Source: Octopus sinensis (Eukaryota). From it: DNA of 64,000 bases. Below, one piece after another: positions 37,855 to 49,800 of this stretch. Position numbers and translations under genes: made by a program. The stretch lies in the NCBI RefSeq assembly GCF_006345805.1, contig NC_043015.1, positions 48,484,001 through 48,548,000 on the forward strand. Reading direction: 5' to 3'. Every line of letters begins with the position of its first letter. Position 1 is the stretch's first letter. The notes under the pieces were generated by a model. It worked only from the letters and a program-made list of their open reading frames with translations. It did not search any database and was not told where the DNA came from.

Positions 37855-40800
37855 CTGAAAGAGTGTCAAAACAAAAATTAAGCATTCAATTAATTAAAAG
37901 ATAAGTCGTAGTGCAAATACCATTAGTTAATAACCAATTCGTTTTTATTGTTCTTTTAAGTTGTCAAACTTAACGAACAGTCTTAGATAACTCAATCTCT
38001 TAAAATTACATTTCTTCTCAATATCCTTAATAATCATCATCATCATCATCGTTTAGCGTCCGCTTTCCATGCTAGCATGGGTTGGACGGTTCAACCGGGG
38101 TCTGGGAAGCCAGAAGGCTGCACCAGGCCCGGTCTTATCTGGCAATGTTTCTACGGCTGGATGCCCTTCCTAACGCCAACCACTCCGTGAGTGTAGTAGA
38201 TCAGTTCTTGCAAATATTTAATTAGTCATTACTCTCATGTTCTGCTTGAACAAACAAAGAAATCTACACTGACAAAGCAAACTGAAGCAACAGAGTGAAT
38301 GAGAAATTGTCTAGCAAAGCAAAGACAGAACTGGCGTCTAAGTTCTTGGTCCTCTCATTGAAATTTTCCAAAGACATGTCTAAATGTCTTGGAATTTAAC
38401 ATCCTTATGTTTTAAAGATGAAACTTTAACCCTTTAGTGTTCAGATTATTCTGACAAATGTGATGTTTATTTAAAATGGTTTGAATTAATCATGCATTAT
38501 CTTGTAGTTTAGAGATTCCAGTGGTGTGATTTTTTAGTTTTAGAATGACATGGTAGGGCTGAGGTGAAAGGCGAGATCTGGTCAGTTTCAATATAAAACA
38601 GGCTAAATATTTTGGCCAGATATGGCTGGTTTGAATGCTAAAGGGTTAAATACGTTTACATCTGTACCACCATAGTCTCTGCTGTTTGCCATGTAATTCA
38701 GTTTTCAGGAATATTCTTTTCTTCATTCCTTTCTCATCACCCCACCCCACACCTCCTTTCCTAATTTTTCCCCCATCATACTCCTAGTGTAAAAGGTAAT
38801 GACATCACAGACACTGTCAATTACTCCTTCATTGTAAGTTATTACTCTCCAATCAGCTGTTATTCACAAGTACCTGCTGATAACTCCCTTTCTACATCAC
38901 CGCCCCCTCCAGTCAGCTATTGTCCACTTCCACCACTCCTTCCTTCCAAACTTCTCCCATCACATTTCTTTACCATCTCCTTAACTAGCACTATATATCC
39001 CTCCCCACCTTCTAGATCATTTTTAAACTTCCAGATTAATTGTCTCCAGAATTTGTGCAAGATACTGCCATTTGCTGGTTTTAACTATGATATTGACATT
39101 TTTGGCTGATAAATATCATAAAAATATTGGACCACTGAAAGAATGTTTACGCAAGTAACCCAAAGGTAGTGAAGTAAAAACCTTCAGCCTTTTAACCCTT
39201 TAGTATTCAGATTACTCTGGTAAATGTAATATTTTTTTACTCAAATTGTTTTGAATTAATAAGCATTATCTCATAGCTTTGGGGTTTCAATGACGTGATT
39301 GTTTATTTTAAGAATGTCAATGTAGGTTAGGTGTGAAAGGCTAGATATCGCCAGTTTGAATATAAAACATATAGAATATTTGGGCTGGATATGGCCGGTT
39401 TGAACACTAAAGGGTTAAACATCAACCACCCTCTTAAATAATCCCAATATTCTGCATAATGAACAATATAAATACATACACACACAGAGGAGGTCTCAAA
39501 AAATATAGACACTATCAGCTGATAATTCAACAGTAAGTTCTTTTTAGATTTAACTCATTATTTCTAATGGGAAGCAGACTAAAATTGTCCTGAAGTGCTT
39601 CTAAAAGTTTGTAAATACAGTCAAATTGTAAAGACAGTTCAGGAGAGAGGTTCAAACAGACCCACTTATGCGACTTAACATTACTCGAAGTGGAGTTATG
39701 TTTGAAGCAGATGAAACTGGTCAGAATGTCCCCTAGAAATGTTCCAGAAGACTTCAGACATTGATGAATCACAACAAAGCATGAAAGGGTACTAGAAATT
39801 TCAAAATCAAGCCTCTATCATATTTTGACATGCTGTCATTGGAGAAGTTGCATGTGAAGAATGGTCATCTTCATGTTCCCAATGAGGACGATCCTGGCTA
39901 AAGAGCGGAATTTAGCAAAACTTGTAGAAGATGCACATTTCAACAAAAGTTAGAGTTATGAGACTACATTTAAGTTAAATGGCTTAAATGGCTCAGTTAA
40001 CTTCCACACCTGCACCTACTGGTAACCTGATAATCCACATATTATGGAGGAACACGATGTTAATTTATCAGGGGTTACAATATGGTGCAGCTTTATCATC
40101 AAAAGGATTGATTGGACTGTTCTTTTTTTTATGGCATTGTGACCGATCCAATTCACTTGAACTTGCTGTGGGAATCTGTTATGCCAAGTATCAAGAGAAC
40201 TTTGAAGATGTGAAGCTTTATTTCAAGCAAGATGGGGTACCTCTATACCAACATAGTAATGTAAGGGCTTCACTTGATGAGATTTTGCCAAACAGATTCT
40301 GTAGAATGCCCACCACATTCACCAGACCTCTCATTAGACTTTTGTTTTTTTTGAGGATACTTAAAAGACTAAGTTTACACTACAAAACCAGTAATGGTTG
40401 ATGAAGTGAGGGCAGCCATTGAATGAAAATGTACACAAACAAAATATTTCTTGATATTTGTGATCCCATTGCCTTTCATATTAAACAGTGCCTGGATCAG
40501 AACAGTTTGAAAATAAATGTTCATAAGAAAATAAAATTCTGTCTGCAGATTCTTTTAAATTTTGAAAACGAGATATCATCATTTAACGTCCGCTTTCCAT
40601 GCTAGCATGGGTTGGACGATTTTGACTGAGGGCTGGCGAATCAGATGGCTGCACTGGGCTCCAAACTTGATCTGGCAGAGTTTCTACAGCTGGATGCCAT
40701 TCCTAACGCCAACCACTCCGAGAGTGTAGTGGGTGCTTTTTACGTGCCACCAGCACGGGAGCCAGTCAGGCGGTACTGGCAATGACCTCGCTCGAATCTT

Positions 40801-43800
40801 TTTACACATGCCAGTGAAGCGACGTTGATAACGATCATGCTCGAATGGTGCCCTATTTCAATAAACAATGATTTTATAATCATTCAATTTGAGTATACAT
40901 CTTTTTAGGACACCCTATGGAGGGATGTGAGAAGATTGTGTATTGACAGTTACCATATTTTAATGTGTATAAGGAACCACCTAATTTTGGGGGCTAAAAA
41001 TTTGGAAAAAAGATTTTGTAAGGGATTGTAATACTATCCATGTATAAGAAACTCCCATATTTTTTTAAACCTAATTTTTGACAAAAAAGGGTTCCTTATA
41101 CACATTAAAATATGGTAAATGGGTTCTTAAGCTTATGGGGTTTCAACGTGATAGTTCAGTTACTTAAAGAGCAGCAAACAAAATCAATAGAATAACCATA
41201 CCAACCAACATAAGACATTAAATATTTAGATGAATTGCTAACCTTGATCTTGGCTGTTTACACTTGCATTATCCAGTACTGTGTCTTCGTCATCTGTTGT
41301 TCGACGACGTGATCTTTGATCTTGGATATCATCATCATCATAGGCACCTAAATATCGGTAAAATAAAAGTTCATTAAAATTCCACAATATAATTCATTGT
41401 AAAATGAGGAGTTAATCGCTATCAATAATTTTTTTGGAGCATTTGATTTCTAGTCTTTCATTTCTTCAGAATAAATTCTATATATATATATATATATATA
41501 AGGAAGAAAATTATTCCATGAGAATTGAAGCAGTGTCACACATACCTTCGTTAGTTCCCGTAGTTTCTGGTCAGCAGATACTGCTGCATACCATCAATCA
41601 CCACTACCACCACTACCTTTTCAACACAATCACACACAATCATTTCCCAGTCCATCCAAGCCAGTCTCTTCTGTTTTTGCTTTCTACCAAAGTTAACTCT
41701 TAAATTTTTGTTGCATTCTCAATACAATTCTAATGGTTATTATTTCTTCACAAATAAGAAACAGTTCCTCCAAACGGTGAAGACTTAACTCAAGGCTGAT
41801 TGATACAACTCTTCTTGGACTGAATCTTGTTTCTTAATCTGTTAGAGACAGCCTAAACTTTAGTAAGCTAATAACTTTTGTAGGCCTTGCAAGACAGATG
41901 TTTACCTGGGACAGCTATAGATGGGTGTCAACAGGAAAACCTTGGACAGGTGAGGGAAATTCAGAGGAATTTAATAACATTAAACCTTTAGTGTTCGTAT
42001 TATTCTACCAAAATTAATGCTTTTTCATCCACTTTGTTTTGAACTAATCATGCATTATCTTGTAGCTATGAGAATTTGATGAGGCAGCTGTTAATTTTTA
42101 AAACAATATTGTAGGGTTGGTGTGAGAAATTAGATCTGGCCAGTTTGAACATAAAACAGGCAGAATACTTTTGGCCGGATATGGCCGGTTTAAAAGCTAA
42201 AGGGTTAAGGGTCAAGGAGTGGAATTATTGTGGAGCTGAAACTATTATAGAGATATTAAAACTAGTTGCATTAACTAAAGTTATTCTGCCAAAGTTAAGC
42301 TTAGTTCATTCAAATTTAACTGTATGAATAAGAGTTAAATTTATAGCCCACATGAACTCCCTAAATGTTTTTAATGGGGGCCCAATATTCTTATATTTTC
42401 TATAAAAAAACAAGTCTAATAACTCTAACATATATACAAATAGACAGGTGTCATATATTCTGAGTTTTTCTTCTTCTTAAACTAAATTTATTTCTAGAAA
42501 TTCAGCAGACTATTCTACTTAAGAATGTCACTGAAATTGGTTCCAATAGTTTTGGTATCCATTTGTGAGAAACACTAGTTTCTTAGACAAGGTTACACGT
42601 GATTTGAAAGTTCTAACACTGATGAGGTCTCAATGTGAAATATAAAGTTTATTGTAATACAACCACTAAAGCATTCTGTGTAGTTATAATCATTGTTGTT
42701 TTATATTGTAGACATAATCTGGCTATTAATTTACATAATTATAATCATTATTACTTTATATTGAAGGACATGATATGACTATTATTTGTTTCACATAGAA
42801 AAATGTGAAATAAATTTAATATAACAAGTATCAAGTAAATGAAGAGGTGTTACATACCTTGATGTGGGTCGTGAGATAACCAGCCTACAATAAAAAATAT
42901 AAGATTAATGTGAGATATATAATTCATTCTTCAATGTGTAGTATAAAACAAGAAATATTTATAGTTGTATTGACAATAGAATAAGGTCTGCCTCAATGCA
43001 GCAATCAGAGGATATCGTTTGGCAATGAATACAGAGGAGGATCTAGTGTGATTGGAGAGAATTAATTTAATTATGGCTTGTTGGAAATTAAAAGTTAATT
43101 GTAAATGGATGAAAGCAACTGACTTATTTAAAACAATGGTTAATGAGTTAAGACTAAACTAGAATGAAGAAGCCATGAAAACAAATTACATAGGCTAGCT
43201 AAGTGGAGAAATGTTATGTAAATGGTGAAAACACGAGGAAAACTAGGAAAGATTGGGTCAGAGCTGAGAAGATGAGAATGTGTAGTTTGACATCCTATTT
43301 CAACAAATACCCCTCCACCTCTATGTCTCTTCATCAACCTGAGGTGAGTGAGTTGCAAGTAATATACTGTATTAAAGTGAGTTTAATATAAGAAGTGACA
43401 CCACATATATTTTCATACAGGCTTTGTAGAATTGCATAACTGCAACTCTATAAAGGCTGGAGAGAAAATGTGTCGTATATGAATCCAAAGACCAAGTCAT
43501 TAGCAACTTAATTTACACACCCATTCTTGCATATGAATGAGATGGCCTTTTTATATAAGAGCAATAGGCTTTCAGTTGCTGCCCACTCAACTAGCAATCG
43601 AGAGAAGAACCCGAGTCCTCATACATTAATTCAAAGACAACATCTGTGTATAAAAATCAAAAAATGCAAAACACTTCACAGTATCTTATCTTTGTTTTTA
43701 ATTAGTCTTAAAAAAAAATTTTTTTTTTTTAAATAATTCTCCAGGCATTAAATATGTTAATGCAAACTTACAACAGTTTTTAAGGAGTGAAATCAATTGG

Positions 43801-46800
43801 AGCAAGGAATCAGAGGGACAACACAATGGTTGAAATAGGATTCAGGACTAACTGCCAGCCTAAATAATGTTGAGGTCGATAGATTTGATGACACTGCTCC
43901 TTTCAGAAATTGCCTTTATGCTGCCTAAGTAATAATAAATCAGTCTATAGGTGCAGGAGTGGCTGTGTGGTAAGTAGCTTGCTCACCAACCACATGGTTC
44001 CGGTTCAGTCCCACTGCGTAGCACCTTGGGCAAGTGTCTTCTACTATAGCCTCGGGCCGACCAAAGCCTTGAGTGGATTTGGTAGATGGAAACTGAAAGA
44101 AGCCTGTCGTATATATGTATGTGTGTGTATGTGTTTATGTGCCTGTGTTTGTCCCCCGAGCATTGCTTGACAACCGATGCTGGTGTGTTTACGTCCCCGT
44201 AACTTAGCGGTTCGGCAAAAGAGACCGATAGAATAAGTACTGGGCTTACAAAGAATAAGTCCCGGGATCGATTTGCTCGACTAAAGGCAGTGCTCCAGCA
44301 TGGCCAGTCAAATGACTGAAACAAGTAAAAGAGATATATATATCATCATCCAAATCAAAATGAAATTCGATGACGGGCATGAGCACCATGCGAGCGTGAT
44401 CGCTGACAGAGCGGCTAACCGGCTTCTGTGTCAGTGGCACATAAAAGGCACCATTCGAGTGTGATCGTTGCCAGCTGCGCCTTACTAGCACTTGTGCCCC
44501 ATGCTAGAAAGGTGCTAAAAGCACCATCCGAGCGTGATCATTGCCAGAGCAGCTAACTGGCTTTCGCGCCGGTGGCATGTAGGAGGCACCATTCGAGCAG
44601 GATCGTTACCAGCATCGCCTTACTGGCACCTGTGCTGTTGGCATGTGAAAAAAATTCGAGCGAGGTCGTTGCCTGTACCGCCTGACTGGCCCCCATGCAT
44701 GTGGCATGTAAAAGCACCCACTACACTCTAGGAGTGGTTGGCGTTAGGAAGGGCATCCAGCTGTAGAAACTGTCTGGAGCCCGGTGCAGCCATCTGGTTC
44801 GCCAGCCCACAATCAAACCGTCCAACTCATGCTAGCATGGAAAGCAGACGTTAAACGACGATGATGATGATGATGATTCAGCGTTTTAAATCCGGGTTTT
44901 GTCCCCGTTGACTTACCTGAATCCCTTGCAGAATTACTGTTTCCCCCACGTCCTCGACCCCTTCCTCGCTTGAAGCCGCGTCCTCGACCACTTAATACGC
45001 TATCTGTTAAATACCCAGCTTGCCGACGTTCTTCTTCCACTACCTCTGCTGACCAGTCAGAAATAGGACGAGGAGATAACGGGTCATCACCTTTAAAAGA
45101 GAACAATGTACATGGTAACACAGACAAAGACAATGGCAGAAGAATCAGCAGCTTTTTAAAAATTTGTTTTTAATGGAGAGAAAGAAGCAAAGGATTTCAC
45201 AGAAAAACTTATGGCAATTTTTTTTTTTTTTTGATAAAAAGTTTTTTCAACATTATTATTGAAGGAATGTTTTGGATAACTGAAAATACATAAATTTATT
45301 TCCTCCTTTTTACAAACATTTTTTCGCAATGAAACACCAGTGAAACACACAAGGTGCTTGAGAAGAAAATACTAAGAGTACAAATTTTAATATTTTAAAA
45401 ATGAAATATTCTATGTTACCAATTTTGTAGGTGACTAAGATTCAAAACTGAATGCTATGGAACTATCTACCAATTGACCAACAGTTCTACTTTGCAATAT
45501 TTGTTCCCTTCACCTTTCTAGACATTCTTATTTTTAGATTATGTTTGTACTGAACTTTCAGACAAGACAATTTTTATCTTTCTACAATGCCAAAAGGTCC
45601 CAATTACACAGCTGCTTCAGGACAAGCCCAGAAAGGGGCCACACTAAAATAAGTTCTTAACAGGAATTGATAACCAGATATTATTTATTACATCTACAGA
45701 TTTTGGAGTCAAACATTCTGTGTATAAATGCTGACCAAAGACCTGTTAAAGTTAAAGAAATAATAGTCTTGAGTTTTCAAGAAGGACATAGAGCAGGGGT
45801 TCTCGTGTGGCGTCCATATATGATTTTTGGGGGACTCACCCTAGTACACTTATTTTATTGGCCCCGAAAGGATGAAAGGCAAAGTTGACCTTGGGGGAAT
45901 TTGAACTCAGAATGTGAAGACAGATGAAATACCGCTAAGTATTTTGCTTGATGTGCTAACAATTCTGCCAACTGGTTGCCTTAATAATGATTTCAAATTT
46001 TTGCCACAAGGGCAACTTAGGGAAGGGGGATAAGTTGATTACATTGACCCCAGTACACAACAGGTACTTATTTAGTCGACCCCAAAAGGATGAAAGGCAA
46101 ATTCGACCTCAGCATAATTTGAACTCAGAACGTAGCAGCAGACAAAATACTGCTAAGCATTTCATCCGGCATGCTAACGACTCTGCCAGCTCATTTAATA
46201 ATACTGTCTGTATTATCTTTGATTATCATTTCTGAAATATTTGCTCTGCTGGTGATGATGCTTTTGTGACATTGGTGTTTTACTAAAAAATTAAATTTAA
46301 AAGAATTACAACTAATGAGCTATTGAGAACAACTTGAAAACATGCTATCTTTGAAACTGCCAGAGAATTTAGCCCATATCATTACATCAGACATTACATG
46401 ATACCAACCAATTCAGCTCAAACAACTCTCATGTTAAAAATTCCAACAAGAAAGAACTTGTATGAAAAAAGATAATCATTTAAAATTCAATGCGATTAGA
46501 AATAAGACATGTCAATAATAGTTCCTTTCACAAGTTTTGTAGTTTGGATAAATATTTTTACAAGGTTATATTTTGAAATCATCTTGAAGTTTAAAATCTT
46601 AAGGTGATTAACTGATCGACAGCTCACAGGCCAATATTGTTCCTTGCATCATTTATGAAAAGGCCAGACAACAAAGACAGTTGAGGGAGTCTTGTCTTGC
46701 AAGTAACCTGGTGACCCTGTTGGTGTTGGTGCCATGCAAAAAGCACTCAATATACACTTTCAAGTGGTTGGCATCAGGAAGAGTATCCAGCCATAGAAGC

Positions 46801-49800
46801 TAGGCCTGCAATTTTGAGGGAAGGGATAAATTAATTGACCCAAGTGCTCAACTGGTGCTTATTTTATCAACCCCATAAGGGATGAAATGCCAAGTTGAAC
46901 TAGGTGGAATTTGAACTCTGAACATAAAGACATGAAATGCCACTAAGAATTTTGCTTGGCATGATGATTCCACCAGCTTGCTGCCTTACATAATAATATT
47001 ATTAATAATGATTTTGCATGAAATAAACAAAAATATGTTGGAAAATAAGAATGCACAAACTTCAGAATAATGTGTCATCATAAGTTACATACAGACTAAA
47101 AAAAAAAGCTGACACAGTAACTTTCAAATAGTAATAATACAAGAAAACTCAATTGACAAACAGAAAATATAACAGAAGAGAAAAACGATCAATATTAATC
47201 TACAATACAAATACACCAGAATATATACAACAGAAATGGTTAAGAAATAAATGAATAAAGGAAATAAGATTTTATCTTTCATAAACGATTCCAAGAATGA
47301 ATAACAAACCTGTCTGTTAGAAACTGGCTTAAAAATTCACATCTGAAAAGTGAGACAAGTCCTAATAACTATAGTTTTGAACCAGCGTCTCCTAGTTAGA
47401 AACTCTTCAAAAAATACATTAAAAGAAAGCATATAGATGTGAATCTAATTTTAAGTTACGTAAATGGTATTTTGAAAGGCGGCGAGCTGGCAGAAACGTT
47501 AGCACGCCGGGCGAAATGCTTAGTGGTATTTCGCCTGCATTACGTAGTGAGTTCAAATTCCGCTGAGGTCGACTTTGCCTTTCATCCTTTCGGGGTCGAT
47601 AAATTAAGTACCAGTTACGCACTGGGGTCGATGTAATCGACTTAATACCTATGTCTGTCCTTGTTTGTCCCTCTGTGTTTAGCTCCTTGTGGGTAATAAA
47701 GAAATAGGTATTTTGAAGAGCCTATAACAGTCTGAGATAGAACCTTATTGTGGTTCATCATTTACAAGTTTGAAATACCAAATCTTTCCATGTGCCACAA
47801 TCTGTTTGTTCTGAGATTTTGGCTTGATAGTTTATGACTAGAAACCATTACTAATTATACTGAAGTAGATGTTATCATGACACTGTTTCAACCACTAAAC
47901 ATGGAAAGGTCTAGATATCTTTATGGTACACAGAAATTCAAGAAGATTCATTTTTTATAATAGCAACTTTTAAACTGCAGTCATTGGTACATGCGTTACA
48001 TTTCTGGATCCCACAATCTGAGAGAAAATGACTAAGTGAGGTTGAAGAGGAAAAGAGTTTGCAGTTTATAGTTAGGACAATGGATTATCAGACACTGGTT
48101 ATCAATGACCAAAATGCTTTCATGTAAATTTATGCCACCCATACACTGACTAATTGTTTATGGTTAAATAGGTTGCTTTCCATTGCATGTAAACAACACA
48201 GATGTTAGTGAAAGTAGGACAATAAGAAATCTCAAGTCTAAGATTGACATTTAGAGAAAGCTATTTTGGAACACGAGGCTAGATGAGAATGGTATCTATG
48301 TCATCTGTGAGACAGACTATGCAATAAATCATATACAACCAATTTATTTGACACAAAGCTTAATGAGCGATAATATTATAAGACTAACAAAAAAAAAAAA
48401 AAAAAGAAAGGAAAGGAAGGACTGCAAGTGTAATGGCTATCTTCAGTTTCTAATGACCATACCTAACAAACCACAATAACAAGGTGTGAAACAATATATG
48501 ACAAGAATGAACAAAAATATCTTGTGGTTGACAAACTTGGAATAGACTAAGTTTGAGGTAGAATATAGCAATGTATCCTTTAACATTGGATTAAAGAAAA
48601 TATTAAAATGAAAAAGGCTGATTGAAAACAGAAATTTAAGAAACAATAACAGAAACTTATTTCAACTATTTTATATATAAGTGGTTTTCCACACAAATAT
48701 TTGCCTTTATTAAATTGTTCTAAGAATAAGGGTACTTGATACTCATCAATGCAGTAACAAAGAAGTGAGAAAAAAAAAAAAGCCCTTTGAAATATTTAAA
48801 TATAATTGAAATTAAAAACTAGCAAGAAATGTTATATTTAAATACCCAATACAAACATCATACGAGTAAAAACCAAAATGTTCAAACAAATTCAATGTCC
48901 AACTTACCTTGATTATTTCCACTATGTCGTTCATTAGCCCAGCGTCTACCTACTCGGCTCATGCCCCTGACTCCACGCATCGGTGGTCCGCGGCCCCTTC
49001 TTTCATCATTATATGGGTCATTACTGCCCCTGGGAGGATAAACAGGAAAACCCATCATAGTAATAACTGAAATGTGATCATGTGTTATCCATAACAACAT
49101 AGATTGGATACAATCCTTCCACATAAGCCTTACTCTCTTGAAGATTCTCACAACTAGGAGGCCTTATGTCAACATATCTGGACTTTCAGACAACAACAGC
49201 AGGACAACAACTATTCTGATCTCAAAATTTTACTGAGCTAAGGGTTTTATTTTGACACATCTGTGACTTAAGCCTTACTAATAAGAACCAAATGTTCATA
49301 CTGTTCTATATTTTTGAGATGAGGAATTCTGTACATTATTTACATTAGACAGATATGTGTCCTCATCTTGTTTGTTGTTACCACGTTTTGGCTGATTTAC
49401 TCTCCAGCCTTCATCAGGTGTCCTGGTAGAATTTTGAACCCAACCCTGGGTTCTCATTCCTAAGGTATTTTTTGCTGATGTTATTAATTATTCAAGGCAC
49501 TGCTTGGTACTAAACCCGGAATCTTGGGGTTAGTAGCCCATGCTTTTTATTACTAACCCCAAGATTCCGAGTTCAATTTCAGGCAGTGCCTTGAATAAAT
49601 AAAATGATTCAGTTGACTCAAGCTTTATGGTTGATTAACCACATCAGGATCACAAATCAACCTGAATTGATGCCAATTCAAAATCCTTATTCCTGTGGTT
49701 AATACGGTCATGATGAATAGCCACTTTTGTTGGTACTCTTTCATGTCACTTGAGGTTTGCATCACAAACTAGTTTTAAATACAGAAACCTGTGTTACTGA

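Noticed and set aside
37373-37858. + strand ORFs of 77 and 82 aa
   Set aside because: They are antisense shadows of the FMR1 terminal exon.
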